A stretch of 63,419 bases of DNA, the filler included, from Thraustochytrium aureum (taxonomy: Eukaryota), in NCBI GenBank assembly GCA_012862495.1. It is 5 parts of 4 records of this genome, joined end to end, with 100 filler letters (N's around TTAATTAATTAA, not from the genome) between each part and the next. Parts side by side here need not be neighbours in the genome. Positions count along the whole stretch, not along the records: positions 1 to 24,217 come from BLSG01000192.1; positions 24,318 to 43,667 come from BLSG01000193.1; 3 more parts are not named here. One strand, 5' to 3'. The position numbers and the translations under genes are program-made. Below are positions 12,313 to 24,351 of this stretch, piece after piece (position 1 is the stretch's first letter; every line of letters begins with the position of its first letter). Below the pieces are notes generated by a model that was not told where the DNA came from, did not search any database, and saw only the letters and a list, made by a program, of their open reading frames with translations.

Positions 12313-14589
12313 ATGTGCGACCCCGTGGAGCGTAGCGCGGGTGGCGGCGCGGATGTAGAAGAACAAAAGGCGCCGAAGGTTGCAGACGGCGCCGTGGCGC
12401 CCTGGCTCGAGCGTGTCCGCGCAAGCGTCAAAGAGTCGGTCGAGTGGCAAGCCCTCACGCAGCAGGTGTACCGACACGTGCAGAGCGCGTTGGAGAAGAA
12501 CAAGGTGCTTTATTTCGCAGACCTCTCCGAGGACGAGAAGCGGCTCATGATCGACGACATCGAGGAGTCGATCGCCGACGGCCCGGTGTACCGCAACCTA
12601 AGCAAGTCGCTCGACGAAAGAATAGAGTCAAGCTTGCTCAAGGCTGCGGACGACGCAATCGGTCATGGCCCTGGCGAGGAGCCCAGCACGCGGCCTGAGC
12701 GCATCGTTCGCGTCGCGGCCAAGGGCGTCGGCGACATGCTTCGATGCGTTCCGAGCAAGGTTACGCTAATTCGCATGCTCCTCAACCAGCACGTACCGCT
12801 CGTGCTCCGCACCCAACTCTGGGATATGTTTCTGCACGATGCGCAGGCCCTGCAGGCGTACAGGAATCGAGTGTCGGTTCGTCGCATCACGACCATCGCT
12901 GCAGATGACTCTGACGTGACTGCGCGGTGCCAGGAGGTTTTCGAAACAGAGCTGACAGAGGTCAAGAACGCCTCGTTCATGACCATGCTTGCCAAAACAG
13001 TGCTCTCCTACCGCAGCTCTTCGGCGGGCTTCGTGGACGACTGCGAGTACTATCTTGTGGTACCACTCATCCTCGTTTTTGCGCGCGGTTACAGCGACTT
13101 GCCGCGCGTCGTTGAGGCCATGCACGCCCTCCTTACCCTCCCTCGGCCCCGGTGTCCTGACAGGGCCTTGGACGCCGCGGCCACACTCGGTCGTGCTCAG
13201 CTCGCTGAGCTGTTTGTGGCCGCGCTGCGAAGGGCAGACCCCGCAATGCTCAACCACCTCACCGCGTCGGTGGAATCGGAGACCGCACGCCTTGCGGCGG
13301 ACGCTGGGGGGCTGTCGATGGAGAGGCGGCCCACCGCGGCGCTCCTGCTCGACGTTGTTGCGGTTCCCATCGAGCGACTATTCGTTGGAATTCTGTGCTC
13401 CGAGACGTGCCTGTACGTCTGGGACCAGTGCCTCCTTGCTGGTTTCGACAAGCTTGTTCTTCCCTTTGCGGCAGCCATCGTCGCCCTGCTCAAGGACCAG
13501 ATTGTCGTCAAGTCTACCGTTTCGGCCATGCAACAGGTCGTGACAGATCAGGCCAAGTCCATCAAGCCAACGACGCTCGCGAGGTTCATGGAAGCGACTT
13601 TTCTCGATGGGGTGCGCGCAGACTTTGGGCTCCCTCTCCGAAATAACACGCACTGGAAGGACGACCCTGTAGCCCCGCTTTCCGAGGCCGCAGTTCGCCA
13701 AACGGAGCAAGCGGCTGCAATTGGGAATGAGGCGCTCGAGGCGCCTTCCACGGCGTCCGTGCCAGAAAGCGACGGCGTGGGTCTGCGCGACGCAGCCGAT
13801 GTCAAGGCGGCGCTTGAGCGCCGACTCACTGAGCTGTATCCGGGCGCGCCCACAGCGCTGCCGACTGACCCTGTCGGTGGCCAAGCAGCCGAGGGTGGTC
13901 CTGCCCCAGTGAGCGGATTTGGGCTAAAGCAGGCCGGTGCAAAGGGGAACAACGACCCAGGTGGCCCAGAGGCGCCTAGTGGGCCAGAGGCGCCTAGTGG
14001 GCCAGAGGCGCCCAGCGGCCAAGTAGATAGTGAATCAGAGAGCAGCGCGCCCGTCGCCGCAGTGGCGAGCCCCGAAGGCGCAGCGAGCAATAGCGACGGC
14101 TTTCGGCTCCCAGTCGTCAACCTGCGCCTGCACGGACTCGCTGACTCGGTTCGGCGCGCGGGTCAGCTCAACCCCGGCGCAAACCGGGAAGATTTGGCTG
14201 CCGCGCTTCTCAAGCTGCACCCTGGTCTCGGTGGCCAGCACATCAATGCGCCAGTGCTGAAAGTCAACATGAAGGCGAGCAACGTGGCTCTATTCCGCAC
14301 GCTTAAGACCGGCGAGCCTGTTTCGCTCGCAACAGAGATTGTGGAGGACGAACTTGAGCGTGTGGAGGCGCCCAAGGACAACATTCCCAAAATCACAAAG
14401 CACCTCCTCAGGTTCTCCGAGACGAAGGCCGGGTACGAGCGCGGGGAAGGGGACAGCGTAAGTAGTAGCTCAGGAGACGCGGCTGAAGTCGAGGCGCCGG
14501 GTCTAGACCCGGCGCTACGCGAGATCGTTTTGGAGGCTTTTCGCGCAGTCGAGGCCCTGCGAGCAATAGCTCGGGAATCTGCGGCGTGA
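12313..14589 (+). CDS. TBC/Rab-GAP-like domain protein with low-complexity C-terminus
   Basis: Long uninterrupted ORF. VPLVLRTQLWDMFL and ERLFVGILCSETCLYVWDQCLLAGF resemble TBC helices. Confidence 0.6.
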   Translation: MCDPVERSAGGGADVEEQKAPKVADGAVAPWLERVRASVKESVEWQALTQQVYRHVQSALEKNKVLYFADLSEDEKRLMIDDIEESIADGPVYRNLSKSLDERIESSLLKAADDAIGHGPGEEPSTRPERIVRVAAKGVGDMLRCVPSKVTLIRMLLNQHVPLVLRTQLWDMFLHDAQALQAYRNRVSVRRITTIAADDSDVTARCQEVFETELTEVKNASFMTMLAKTVLSYRSSSAGFVDDCEYYLVVPLILVFARGYSDLPRVVEAMHALLTLPRPRCPDRALDAAATLGRAQLAELFVAALRRADPAMLNHLTASVESETARLAADAGGLSMERRPTAALLLDVVAVPIERLFVGILCSETCLYVWDQCLLAGFDKLVLPFAAAIVALLKDQIVVKSTVSAMQQVVTDQAKSIKPTTLARFMEATFLDGVRADFGLPLRNNTHWKDDPVAPLSEAAVRQTEQAAAIGNEALEAPSTASVPESDGVGLRDAADVKAALERRLTELYPGAPTALPTDPVGGQAAEGGPAPVSGFGLKQAGAKGNNDPGGPEAPSGPEAPSGPEAPSGQVDSESESSAPVAAVASPEGAASNSDGFRLPVVNLRLHGLADSVRRAGQLNPGANREDLAAALLKLHPGLGGQHINAPVLKVNMKASNVALFRTLKTGEPVSLATEIVEDELERVEAPKDNIPKITKHLLRFSETKAGYERGEGDSVSSSSGDAAEVEAPGLDPALREIVLEAFRAVEALRAIARESAA
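13963..14016 (+). repeat. 3 x 18-bp coding tandem repeat (GPEAPS)x3
   Basis: GGSCCAGAGGCGCCYAGY repeated three times. Confidence 0.95.
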
Positions 14590-14811
14590 GCGCACCCCGG
14601 TGAGGGATCTGGAGGAGACTGGCAAACTCCCTGGCCTGGCCTGGCCTGGCTTGGTCGAAGATGGCCTGGCTTGGTCGAGGCTGGAGACTTGCAACATGTG
14701 AAACTATAGATTGCTAGAGTGCATTGGTCTCGCCCGCTGTCCGGGCGGCGTTGCGCTGCCCGGCGCGACTCGCGTTTGAGAGACGGCTGGGCGGGGCGGG
14801 GCGGGGCGGTG

Positions 14812-15594
14812 TCACCTTTCGTCTAAAAAGTCGTGCTCTGTTTTGGGCTCCTGGTTGACGCCTTGCATTTCAGCATCCTCGGCGCCGTCGTGCACCTGCG
14901 CAGCGTCGCTCACGTCGCCGTCCGCATCGTCGTCCCCTTGGCGCTGCTGCTCGAGCTTCATCTGACGCTGCTCGGCCTCAATAGTCCCGTCCACGACGTC
15001 GACAAGGAAATCGTACACGTCCGTTTTCAGGATCGCCTCGTGCACGTCTTCTTTCAAAAGCGTGCGGCGCTTGTTGGCCTCCGCCTCGAGCCAGGCGCGC
15101 TGCGTGAGCTCGAGGATGAACATCCTGCACGCGCGAGCAAACATAGCCGGCGCCTCTGCGCTTACCATGCGCACGTCCTCGTCTGCCTTCATTATGCGCT
15201 TGATCCTTGCCAGCGGGAGGTCGCTGTGGGTTTTGAAGTCGGTGTTTGCCACGTCCAGGTCGATGCTCTCTTGGCACATCTCTCTCCAGAATGGCGCTAG
15301 CACTTGCTCAAGCTGCTCATTGGTCACGGTCGAGCGTGTCTCTGCGCCGGCGCCCTCCATGGGCTCCGGGGCCCCCGCTCCAGCGCCACCACCACCGCTA
15401 TTTGTCGTGGCCCAGCCTTGGAGCGCGGCGTTCGCCGCAACCTGCTGCTGCTGCTGCCGCTGCAGGTGTCCAAATAGCTCTTGTTGGTGTTGAATCTGCT
15501 GCATCTGCTGCTGCTGCAGCACCATCTGCGGGTCCGGCCGCAGCCCCGAGGGGTCGCCGTTCGTTTGTATCGCATCCTCCATCTTCTCGGCCAT
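14812..15594 (-). CDS. NFYC: Nuclear transcription factor Y subunit C (HAP5), histone fold
   Basis: LPLARIKRIMKADEDVRMVSAEAPAMFARACRMFILELTQRAW...NKRRTL, plus a Q-rich N-terminus. The true start may lie in the gap. Confidence 0.93.
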   Translation of the reverse strand: MAEKMEDAIQTNGDPSGLRPDPQMVLQQQQMQQIQHQQELFGHLQRQQQQQVAANAALQGWATTNSGGGGAGAGAPEPMEGAGAETRSTVTNEQLEQVLAPFWREMCQESIDLDVANTDFKTHSDLPLARIKRIMKADEDVRMVSAEAPAMFARACRMFILELTQRAWLEAEANKRRTLLKEDVHEAILKTDVYDFLVDVVDGTIEAEQRQMKLEQQRQGDDDADGDVSDAAQVHDGAEDAEMQGVNQEPKTEHDFLDER

Positions 15595-15765
15595 CCCNNN
15601 NNNNNNNNNNNNNNNNNNNNNNNNNNNNNNNNNNNNNNNNNNNNNNNNNNNNNNNNNNNNNNNNNNNNNNNNNNNNNNNNNNNNNNNNNNNNNNNNNNNN
15701 NNNNNNNNNNNNNNNNNNNNNNNNNNNNNNNNNNNNNNNNNNNNNGCAGCCTGCACGTACCGCCC

Positions 15766-15862
15766 GCTGCCTGCCTGCCTGCCTGCCTGCCTGCGCGCCT
15801 GCGTGCCTGCGCGCCTGCGTGCCTGCGTGCCTGCGCGCCTGCGTGCCTGCGCGCCTGCCTGC
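15766..15862. repeat. GCCT/GCGT/GCGC tetranucleotide microsatellite upstream of NF-YC
   Basis: Directly visible. Confidence 0.9.
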
Positions 15863-16893
15863 CCGATGCGTGCGTCAATTGGGCTCGGCTCAACGCGCGG
15901 CGATTTTCAATGAACAATAGAACAATAGAATGTTCCTTGACAGGGAATTATAGAACAAGTCGCTGCGAAGCTGGCTCCACTTGTACGAGTAGCGTGTGTG
16001 TGTGGCATGTGGATTGGCCGTGCTGGCGGCAGAACAGAAGAGTGCGTGCGCTCCGGCAGACGTCGCTGGTGATGACGACCGGGGCAGCCATACGTAGCTT
16101 TCGAAAGGTGAGTACTCTACCTATGTCGGTAAGTGGGCGCTCCCTCGTTTGCTTTTTTTCACTTTTGGCAGCCTGCTTTTGGTTGGCGAAAGTGCGAGTT
16201 GGCGTTCGCTCGCTCGCTGCCTCGAACTTGAACTCGGCCTGCACCCGGCCTTTGGCACTGCTGCCCAGCCGCTGGGCTGAGGCCAGACGTGCACCCTTTT
16301 ATCGCTCTTCTGTCTGATGAGGCCAGGCTTTCTTCGCTCTCAGGCTCGCCCTGCACCACTGGCAGGACCGCCACGTCCGTCCATGTTCGAGTTCAGGTGG
16401 GGGTACAGTGTGCGACAAGGTGACGAGCGTGGGGGATGCGAAAAACTCCCTCTTTGGCGTTCGGCGAGCGTGGGAGGTCGGCCGAGCGGATGGAAAAAGT
16501 AGGATCCCGCCCGCTTGGACAGGTCCCGTGGCGCTTCATCAAACAAGGAGAATCCGGCCTCGTTGGCGACGGCCGCTTGCTGGACCCCGCTGATTTCGGC
16601 CAGGTGCTCCGCTTGCCGCGAGCAGGATCTGGCTGTAGAATTCACTCGCCCCCTTTGCGTGCCGCTTGCGTTTGGTCTCGGGGCTCATCGAAATGCAGCG
16701 CGCACACCCCGTCTCTATTTCTCCCGCTCCTCGCGTGTGAAGGTGGTAAATCGCGCGCCAAAGCGTGAAAGCCGAGTCGTGGATGGCTGGCTGGCTCTAG
16801 CTGAGCTCGCGGCAATCTCATCAGTCAATCAATCCCCCATTCGCCGACCAGAGCTTGGAATTCCGAGTCGCCGGCATCTGCAACCAACCAAAC

Positions 16894-19800
16894 ATGCGCT
16901 TCGCAGGCCCGATCATCGCCGCCGCGGCGGCCCTTGCGGCGAGCCCAGCGCGTTCGATCGAGTCCTTCGCTGCCCTGCCCTGCAACAGCAACCTGAAGAC
17001 CCCAGAGTCCGCTACCTGGACAGTATGGCCGTCAGGTGTGTTGTTTTCAGGCGGCGTTGCACGAGTCCCGTGCGGCCGCGCGGTCAAGGTGACCGCGACA
17101 ACTGGCGACCTCAACTTGGGAGGCCTGCATGTCGAAGGCTGGCTCAAGTTCGAGGACGACGCCGACCGCACCTTGCAGTCCAAGTTTATCGTCGTGGAAG
17201 GNNNNNNNNNNNNNNNNNNNNNNNNNNNNNNNNNNNNNNNNNNNNNNNNNNNNNNNNNNNNNNNNNNNNNNNNNNNNNNNNNNNNNNNNNNNNNNNNNNN
17301 NNNNNNNNNNNNNNNNNNNNNNNNNNNNNNNNNNNNNNNNNNNNNNNNNNNNNNNNNNNNNNNNNNNNNNNNNNNNNNNNNNNNNNNNNNNNNNNNNNNN
17401 NNNNNNNNNNNNNNNNNNNNNNNNNNNNNNNNNNNNNNNNNNNNNNNNNNNNNNNNNNNNNNNNNNNNNNNNNNNNNNNNNNNNNNNNNNNNNNNNNNNN
17501 NNNNNNNNNNNNNNNNNNNNNNNNNNNNNNNNNNNNNNNNNNNNNNNNNNNNNNNNNNNNNNNNNNNNNNNNNNNNNNNNNNNNNNNNNNNNNNNNNNNN
17601 NNNNNNNNNNNNNNNNNNNNNNNNNNNNNNNNNNNNNNNNNNNNNNNNNNNNNNNNNNNNNNNNNNNNNNNNNNNNNNNNNNNNNNNNNNNNNNNNNNNN
17701 NNNNNNNNNNNNNNNNNNNNNNNNNNNNNNNNNNNNNNNNNNNNNNNNNNNNNNNNNNNNNNNNNNNNNNNNNNNNNNNNNNNNNNNNNNNNNNNNNNNN
17801 NNNNNNNNNNNNNNNNNNNNNNNNNNNNNNNNNNNNNNNNNNNNNNNNNNNNNNNNNNNNNNNNNNNNNNNNNNNNNNNNNNNNNNNNNNNNNNNNNNNN
17901 NNNNNNNNNNNNNNNNNNNNNNNNNNNNNNNNNNNNNNNNNNNNNNNNNNNNNNNNNNNNNNNNNNNNNNNNNNNNNNNNNNNNNNNNNNNNNNNNNNNN
18001 NNNNNNNNNNNNNNNNNNNNNNNNNNNNNNNNNTCCCTGCGGGGGGCGCTTACCGTAACCGCCCCATCTTTGGCGTCCTCTTCGTTGGCGAGTCAGCGGG
18101 ATACTGGACCGACGCCCTGGCCCCCAACGTTGTGCGCGAGTCGACGTTCACCCACTTTGTCGACATGCCTTGCCGGCACGCCGCGGCGCTGTCTTCGGAC
18201 GTGGAGCGTTTGGAGGCCAAGTTTCACGCGGGAACGAGCGCGACGGGGCTCACGCTGCTTGGGGGCACGCAGCTTGCTTACATTGATCCGCGCCCATTCT
18301 GGACCGGGTTTGAAATTGCGCAGACACGCGGCTCGACGCCCTGGCAGACAGTGATCCGGACTGATCTTGGGTTCGTCGTGTCTCCGAATGCGGCCATGGT
18401 TGACCCCTCTCGCTGCTCGCTGGACCGCTCGTGGAACGCCTTCTTGTGCTCGGACGTCTGCTTTCGCACTGTCGCGTTTGCAGTGGACGTGCTTCCGAAC
18501 CGCACGGTGGCGGGCCCCCTTGACGACCCCGCCGTCTTTGAAGACCTGCGCTTGCACCTCGCCTGGGTGGACACGGAAGGCACCACCAAGTCGCTCGTGG
18601 TTCGGCCGTACTACAAAGTCGAGTATGATGGCACCTTCAACGCAGTTCAGGGCCTTGTATTTGCAGCCAACCTTCTCGACCTCGAAGGCCTCGGTCTGAG
18701 CAACCCCTTCTACACCGTCACGCTCGAGGGCAAGGCGGTCGGGACCATCCTCAACGAGCGTGCTATCAGGGTACGCAACGCAGACCAGATGGGCGGGTGC
18801 GGGGCGAACGCGATGCGATTCCGCTTCCCTGAAACTGCAAAGGTCCGGTATGCGGCGGCAGCCGGAACCACCCGCGCGGCCTGCCCGGTCTCAAGCGCGA
18901 GTGCCACGGTGCCGACCAACTTTGACCCCGAGCACGTGCATTGGGACTCGTGCGACTCGGGCCGGGACATGCTCGAGGTTTCACTCGCGCGTGCTGGCGG
19001 TGACCCAAATGGCGTCGTGGTGCAGATGCATCCTGGGGACCTGGCCAAATGCCTCCCGACACAGGCTTGCCAAGTTCTGTACAAGGCGTCCGTGTGGAAG
19101 TTCAATAACAACGGGACGAACCAGCACCCAAGCCAGACGCGGCCGCGGGGTTTTATGCACCCCGAGTACGACGACAACGACGGTTTCTGGGGTTCGGGAC
19201 GAGGCGAGTTGGGTTACCGCGACGAGAAGGAGCGAACCGACATCTTGCATCCCAACCAGGGCCTGACCGCGTACTTTCGTACCTCGTTCGACCTGGCCAA
19301 CACTGCTTGCTACTCGAAGCTGACGTTCGGCGTGCGCTACGACGAGGGCGTGCGCTTGTACCTGAACGGGGTGGCGGTGATTAACCTCAACCTCCCTGAG
19401 GGCCCGATCGGGTTTGACACGAGAGCACTCGCCTACTATCCCGGCGAAGACGAGTTTGTGTACATCACGCTTCCGGCGGAGAAGGCACGCCTGTTGGCTG
19501 AGGGGAAGAATGTTCTTGCTGCAGAGGTGCATCAGAGCTGGGCCACGGAAGACGCCGATGCGAGCTTTGACCTCGAGGTATTCGCAACACTTGCTCGCGG
19601 CTGCTCTGGCGCAAACATGCGCGAAGAGGTCTGCGATGGCATCGACAACGACGGGGACGGCACCGTGGACAACGGGCTGGATGGCAAGCCGCTCTCGCGG
19701 CCCTGCAAGTCGCCATGCGGAGAGGGCGTCGAATTGTGCGTGTCGGGTGCATACACGTCCTGCTCAGCTCGCATGCCCTCGCCAGAAGTCTGCGATGGCA

Positions 19801-21088
19801 TCGACAATACATGCGACGGCGTGGTGGACAACAATCACCACACCCTCTACAGCCCGCTTCTGGAACAAGTGTGGCGTACAGCCCGCGCGCGGCCGCCCGC
19901 CTCGACTGCGCCAGCGGAGAGGCCTGCTATCTGGGCAAGTGCGTGCCGGTTGTTGCAGAATCGAAACCGGGCGTCCTGTTCTCGCGCGGCAGCGAGTGGG
20001 CGTTCTGGGACTCGGCTAGCAGCACACCGCCGCGCAACTGGCCTTCCGTATCAGATGCTGACTTGGCCGCGGCCAGCAAGGGTCGCGGTGAGCTCGGCTA
20101 CAACGACGGCGACGAGCGAACTGTGGTTGGAAACGGCGCGACGCCTTGGGCAGTCTACTTTGCCCGCAAGTTTGTGGCGCCGCGCCGCGTGCTAGCGCTT
20201 GAGCTAGGGCTGCTCTGCGACGCTGGCTGCATTGTGTCCATCAATGGCGTCGAGGTGCATCGCGTTAATCTCCCAGCTGGGCCAGTCGCTCCCCAGACGC
20301 AGGCGACAGACTCGGGCTCCGAGGTCGACTACAGGACAGTTGTTGTCACAACGGGCCTCGACGAGATCATGGCGCCAGTCGGCTCACCCAACTTGATTTC
20401 CGTCCAAGTGCATCGGCGGTGGAGCGACATGAGCTTTGACATGTATGCCGCTGCGCAGCTCGCCCAGAGCTGCGCGGATGCCGCAGCGCCGTCGTCGCGT
20501 GGGGACACAGTCGACATCACGGGGGCGGCGTGCGTTGTTGAAACGTCCTCCACTTTAGTGGCGCCAGAGTCAACGTGGAAGTACACGCCGTGGCCCAAGG
20601 ATTCTGCCCCTACGGGTCCGAGTGGGTTTGGGCCCGAGTGGACCCTCGGCGGGTTTAGCGACGCCTCCTGGGCGGTCGGCAAGGGCAAGATCGGGTTTGC
20701 GATCTCCTACCTTGCGACGGACGCGGGAGCGCTGGGCCCGAGCAACCCAATGACCATGTACTTTCGCAAAGCGGTGACCATAGCCAAGCCGCAGTGCATC
20801 GTGTCGTTCATGCCCAAGCTCTGGGTGGAGGACGGCGCGGTCGTTTATGTAAATGGCCACGAGGTACACCGATTCAACCTGGAGGTTGGCGTGCTCAACC
20901 CAGAGACCTCGGCAATCAGCTACAACACGGCATTCAGCCCGACGCCGGTGCCCGCACTCGCGGGCAATGTTTTCCGGGAAGGCGAAAACACGATCGCCGT
21001 GGAGGTTCACCGGCAAAAGTGGAGTCTCAATATGGGGTTCGACTTGGGCATGGACCTACAGTGGGACATCAACTGCCTCAACATGTGA
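16894..21088 (+). CDS. Large secreted mosaic protein: signal peptide, G8-like domain, three galactose-binding-like jelly-roll repeats, two CDGIDN metal-binding repeats
   Basis: N-terminus MRFAGPIIAAAAALAA, then G8-like VPCG..LGGLHVEGWLKF..IVVEG. Repeats of W(K/A)F..G.G.(L/I)G(Y/F)..YFR..F..D.G..(Y/S)(L/I/V)NG.EV.R.NL..N.(L/I)..EVH..FD occur at ~19080-19600, 19970-20460 and 20560-21070; EVCDGIDN occurs twice. There is a gap at 17202-18033 and a frameshift at ~19860-19890. Confidence 0.75.
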
Positions 21089-21402
21089 GCGAGCGAGCGG
21101 CCACGCGCGAAGTTTTGAACATAACTGAGAGTAACTCGAACTCGATCGATTTTTTGAAAACAACAGAACAGATGTACGTCTTACCAGCAGCGAGCGCCAC
21201 GAGAGCTGCATGGTCTGGCATGCATAAGGCGAATAAATATCCGTCCACCTTCAGAAACGCCGCAGCCGTGCCCGTGTGCGAGGTTTTTGTCGAAAGAAAG
21301 CAGATGCGGCTGCTCGGAACCAGACGGAGATTTGTATTTGCCTCAAGCACGAAACGGCAGATGAAACATGTCTTGATCAAGACTGGTCGAGCACTACGAA
21401 CG

Positions 21403-23983
21403 CTACGCGTCCACCGGCTTGGAGAATGAGCAAGTAATGAGCGCACGCCAATCATTCAAGAGCTCGTCTTGCCTGTCTCGGCGCGCCGCGTCGTAAAACA
21501 GGCCAGCGGCTCGCGAAGCCTCCAAAATCGCGCTTGACAGGGCCTCGCGCAGCCGCGGGTCGCCAGCGATCTGCAACGCTCTCTCAACGTACTCTGTCAT
21601 ACTGTAGGTAGTGAGGCTTGCCCCAAGCTCTCGATTCACGCTCTCCCGATGAAAGATGTACTCGTAGATCCCACGTGCGTGCTGCTGGATCCAGGGAATA
21701 CGGTGCGCAAACACAACAACAGGCGCGCCAACTGAAAGCGCCTCGAAGTGGCTTACGCCACCACTGAACGGGAAAGTGTCAAGCACGACGTCTGCGACAC
21801 GCCCAACCAGTGCGAGGAATAGGGGAAGCGGTTGCTGCGGCACCACGATGATGCGGTGCGGTTGGGCTGCTCCCTCTACACGCGCCTTGACCCGATTGAT
21901 CCACTCGGGCCGCTGCGACCCGATGAACACAAGCAAAGCTTTGGCGTCGCGGCGCAAGATCGACCCCAGAGCCTGGTCCATGAGCGGGTGGAGTTTGTAG
22001 GCCGTTTGGTGGCACAAGTAGACGTGCGCGCCAAGCAGCTCGGCCGGCCCAAGCCACGGTGCGTGCGGGCCGAGCAGCGCGATTCGCGCCGCGGCCCCTG
22101 TCTTGGATCGCTGGCGGCGGAGGGAGCGGAAAGAGCGTTGAGAGGCCCTCCATGAGCCAGAGCCTTTCCGAGTACTTGCGGCCGTCCTTTGCTGGGTCCC
22201 AATTGCGCTCGAGCAGCGGCGAGCTGATGAACCAGTCGATGGTTGGCATCCCAGTCGTCACCGGATGACCCCAAAACACGATTTGAACGGGGGCCATCCG
22301 CCCAAGCGCCGCAAAATATGTGAGATACTCCATCCCAATCTCTGGAAAGACGAGTAAATCAAGGCTCTCTGCCTCCACAGCGCGGCGAATCTCGAGGACG
22401 TTGTCGATAACAGAAGCCTTGCTCGTCTTGATCGTGATCGCGCGCCATGCGAGACGCGCAATCTCGGCGCTAAACTCGTCCTGGCGCGCTGTGCTCGGAA
22501 AGAAGACGAAGATATCCCAGTGCTCGCTCTCGCTGGCTTGGGCGAGGACGCGAATCGTGTTGCTGACGAGTTTTGAAATAGAGTGCTCGGCGAAGAACTC
22601 GGTCAGGAAGCCAATGCGGAGCCGGCGGCGCGGGCGGCCAACGCTTGTCCACGCAAAACGCTCCTCCCCATTCGAGTACCTGGTACAGGCACACGCTGGC
22701 TCAGCCGGACCGTGCTTGGCGCAGACTAGCTGCCCGCGCTGGGTTTGTGGCGCAGCGATGGGTGCTGCGAGTTCAGGCACGAGCTCCAGGAACAGCCGCG
22801 CTTGGTCCTCGCGCGCCGCCAAATTGGGAAAACCAAGGTACACGTAGTAGTAGCCAAGGTCGGTGAACATGTCGCCAAGCGCGCTCGCGGGCGGCCTTTG
22901 CTCTGCAGCAAGCGCCGGGGCCTGCGCCAACAGCTCGTGAAGCGCGTCGTCGTACCGCTGCCGTGTGGCGCCCACCTCCGATAGCGACCCGTAGACTCTG
23001 TTGAGGGCAAGGTCGGAGCGGACGCGGATCGCCGTTGCCAGGCCGTCTTGGCCGTTGCCCTGCAACAGGCGCCGCGCTTCATCCCAGTGCATCCGGGCCG
23101 CGTGCGCCTCGCCTTTGTCCTGCAAGAGGTTGCCCAGACTCGCGTGCGCGTAGAGACACCCTGGGTCCAGCTCGATAGCGAGCCGGAAGCTCGCTTCTGC
23201 CGCTGCAAGGTCGCCGCTCGCAAGCAAGGCTGCCCCCATGTTGTTTTGGAGACTGCCATTGTGTGGCTCGAGGGCGAGAGCGTTTGCAGTGGCGCTCACC
23301 GCCTCGTCGGCTCGGCCCATACGACGCAGAACGGTGCCCATATTCGCGTGGGCATTGACCATCCTGGGGTCCAGCTCTATTGCTCGGCGATATGCCTCAA
23401 CAGCCTGAGGGGCCAAATCGAGCATATCATACGCCATACCCTGGTCAAATGCCACTTCAGCAGACCCTGGCCGCGCCCGCTCGGCGGCGTGGAGCGCGCG
23501 TAGCGCCTCCCAGGCGTTCGATGGGTCACCATTCGGAGTGTTATACAGCAAGGCCTTGGCCAGCAACACGTTAGCATGAAACGATACGGTGGCGTTGCTC
23601 GATTCGTTTCGCGCGCAGAGCCTAAACTGCTCCTTGGCTGCGTCGGCACGCCCCAGGGCCAGGAGCGCCTGACCTGATGCAAGACGAGCGGCCGGGTCGA
23701 CCTTGTTCGCGATGGGCCGGGCAACGCCGCCAGCGGACGCATTGGACAGCTGTGCAATAAAATCCCGTGCCCTGGTGTTGCTTTCGTCCCTGCGAAGCAC
23801 CGCGTTCGCCACATCGAGCGCGACACTGTGCAACCCACTTTGCTCGAGTATGTCGCACGTGTCCAGCGCAAGCTCGGCGCTTTCGAACTCGAGTTCGATC
23901 GCCAGCGGCCCCCCACAGCACAGTAGTAGTACCAGCACCAGGGCCATGAACTGCGGCCATCTCGCTCGTCTGGGTCGTGGCAT
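21403..23983 (-). CDS. TPR-containing GT41 (OGT/SPINDLY-like) glycosyltransferase with N-terminal signal/anchor; frameshift ~22070
   Basis: TPRs at ~23050-23700. Motifs LRIGFLTEFFAEHSI, DLLVFPEIGM, RMAPVQIVFWGHPVTTGMPTIDWF, CHQTAYKLHP and DVVLDTFPFSGGVSHFEALSVGAPVV. Confidence 0.88.
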
Positions 23984-24217
23984 GGCTGGTCCAACCCCTC
24001 AGCCACAGTCAGCGAAAACGGTGCGTCCAGCCTCGTGAATCTTGAGACAAACAAATGCGACTCTGGGTCGCGCCAAGCGCCAAGCCAGTGCCCGCTCGGG
24101 AGTGCCAAGGGCGCCCCACGGCACTCCGCAGTGGGCGCTCGCTCGTTGTCCCTGTTGTGGTGTCGTGCGTGCGTGGCCTTGGCCCCGGGCAGGTGGGGTT
24201 TCGCCACGTTGGCTTCG

Positions 24218-24317
24218 NNNNNNNNNNNNNNNNNNNNNNNNNNNNNNNNNNNNNNNNNNNNTTAATTAATTAANNNNNNNNNNNNNNNNNNNNNNNNNNN
24301 NNNNNNNNNNNNNNNNN
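24218..24317. other. Artificial 100-nt scaffold spacer with six-frame-stop linker TTAATTAATTAA (also 43668-43767, 59796-59895, 61963-62062)
   Basis: Identical N44-TTAATTAATTAA-N44 structure occurs four times. Confidence 0.97.
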
Positions 24318-24351
24318 TACAGTACTTGTCGTGAGCGACAAGCTTCTGGCC

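Noticed and set aside
15900..16700. Gene or ncRNA between NF-YC and the secreted protein
   Set aside because: Only short inconsistent ORFs, and no tRNA/snRNA motif recognised.
24218..24317. TTAATTAATTAA palindrome (4 copies) as a biological motif or transposon target
   Set aside because: It is always centred in identical N padding, so it is an artificial six-frame-stop linker.
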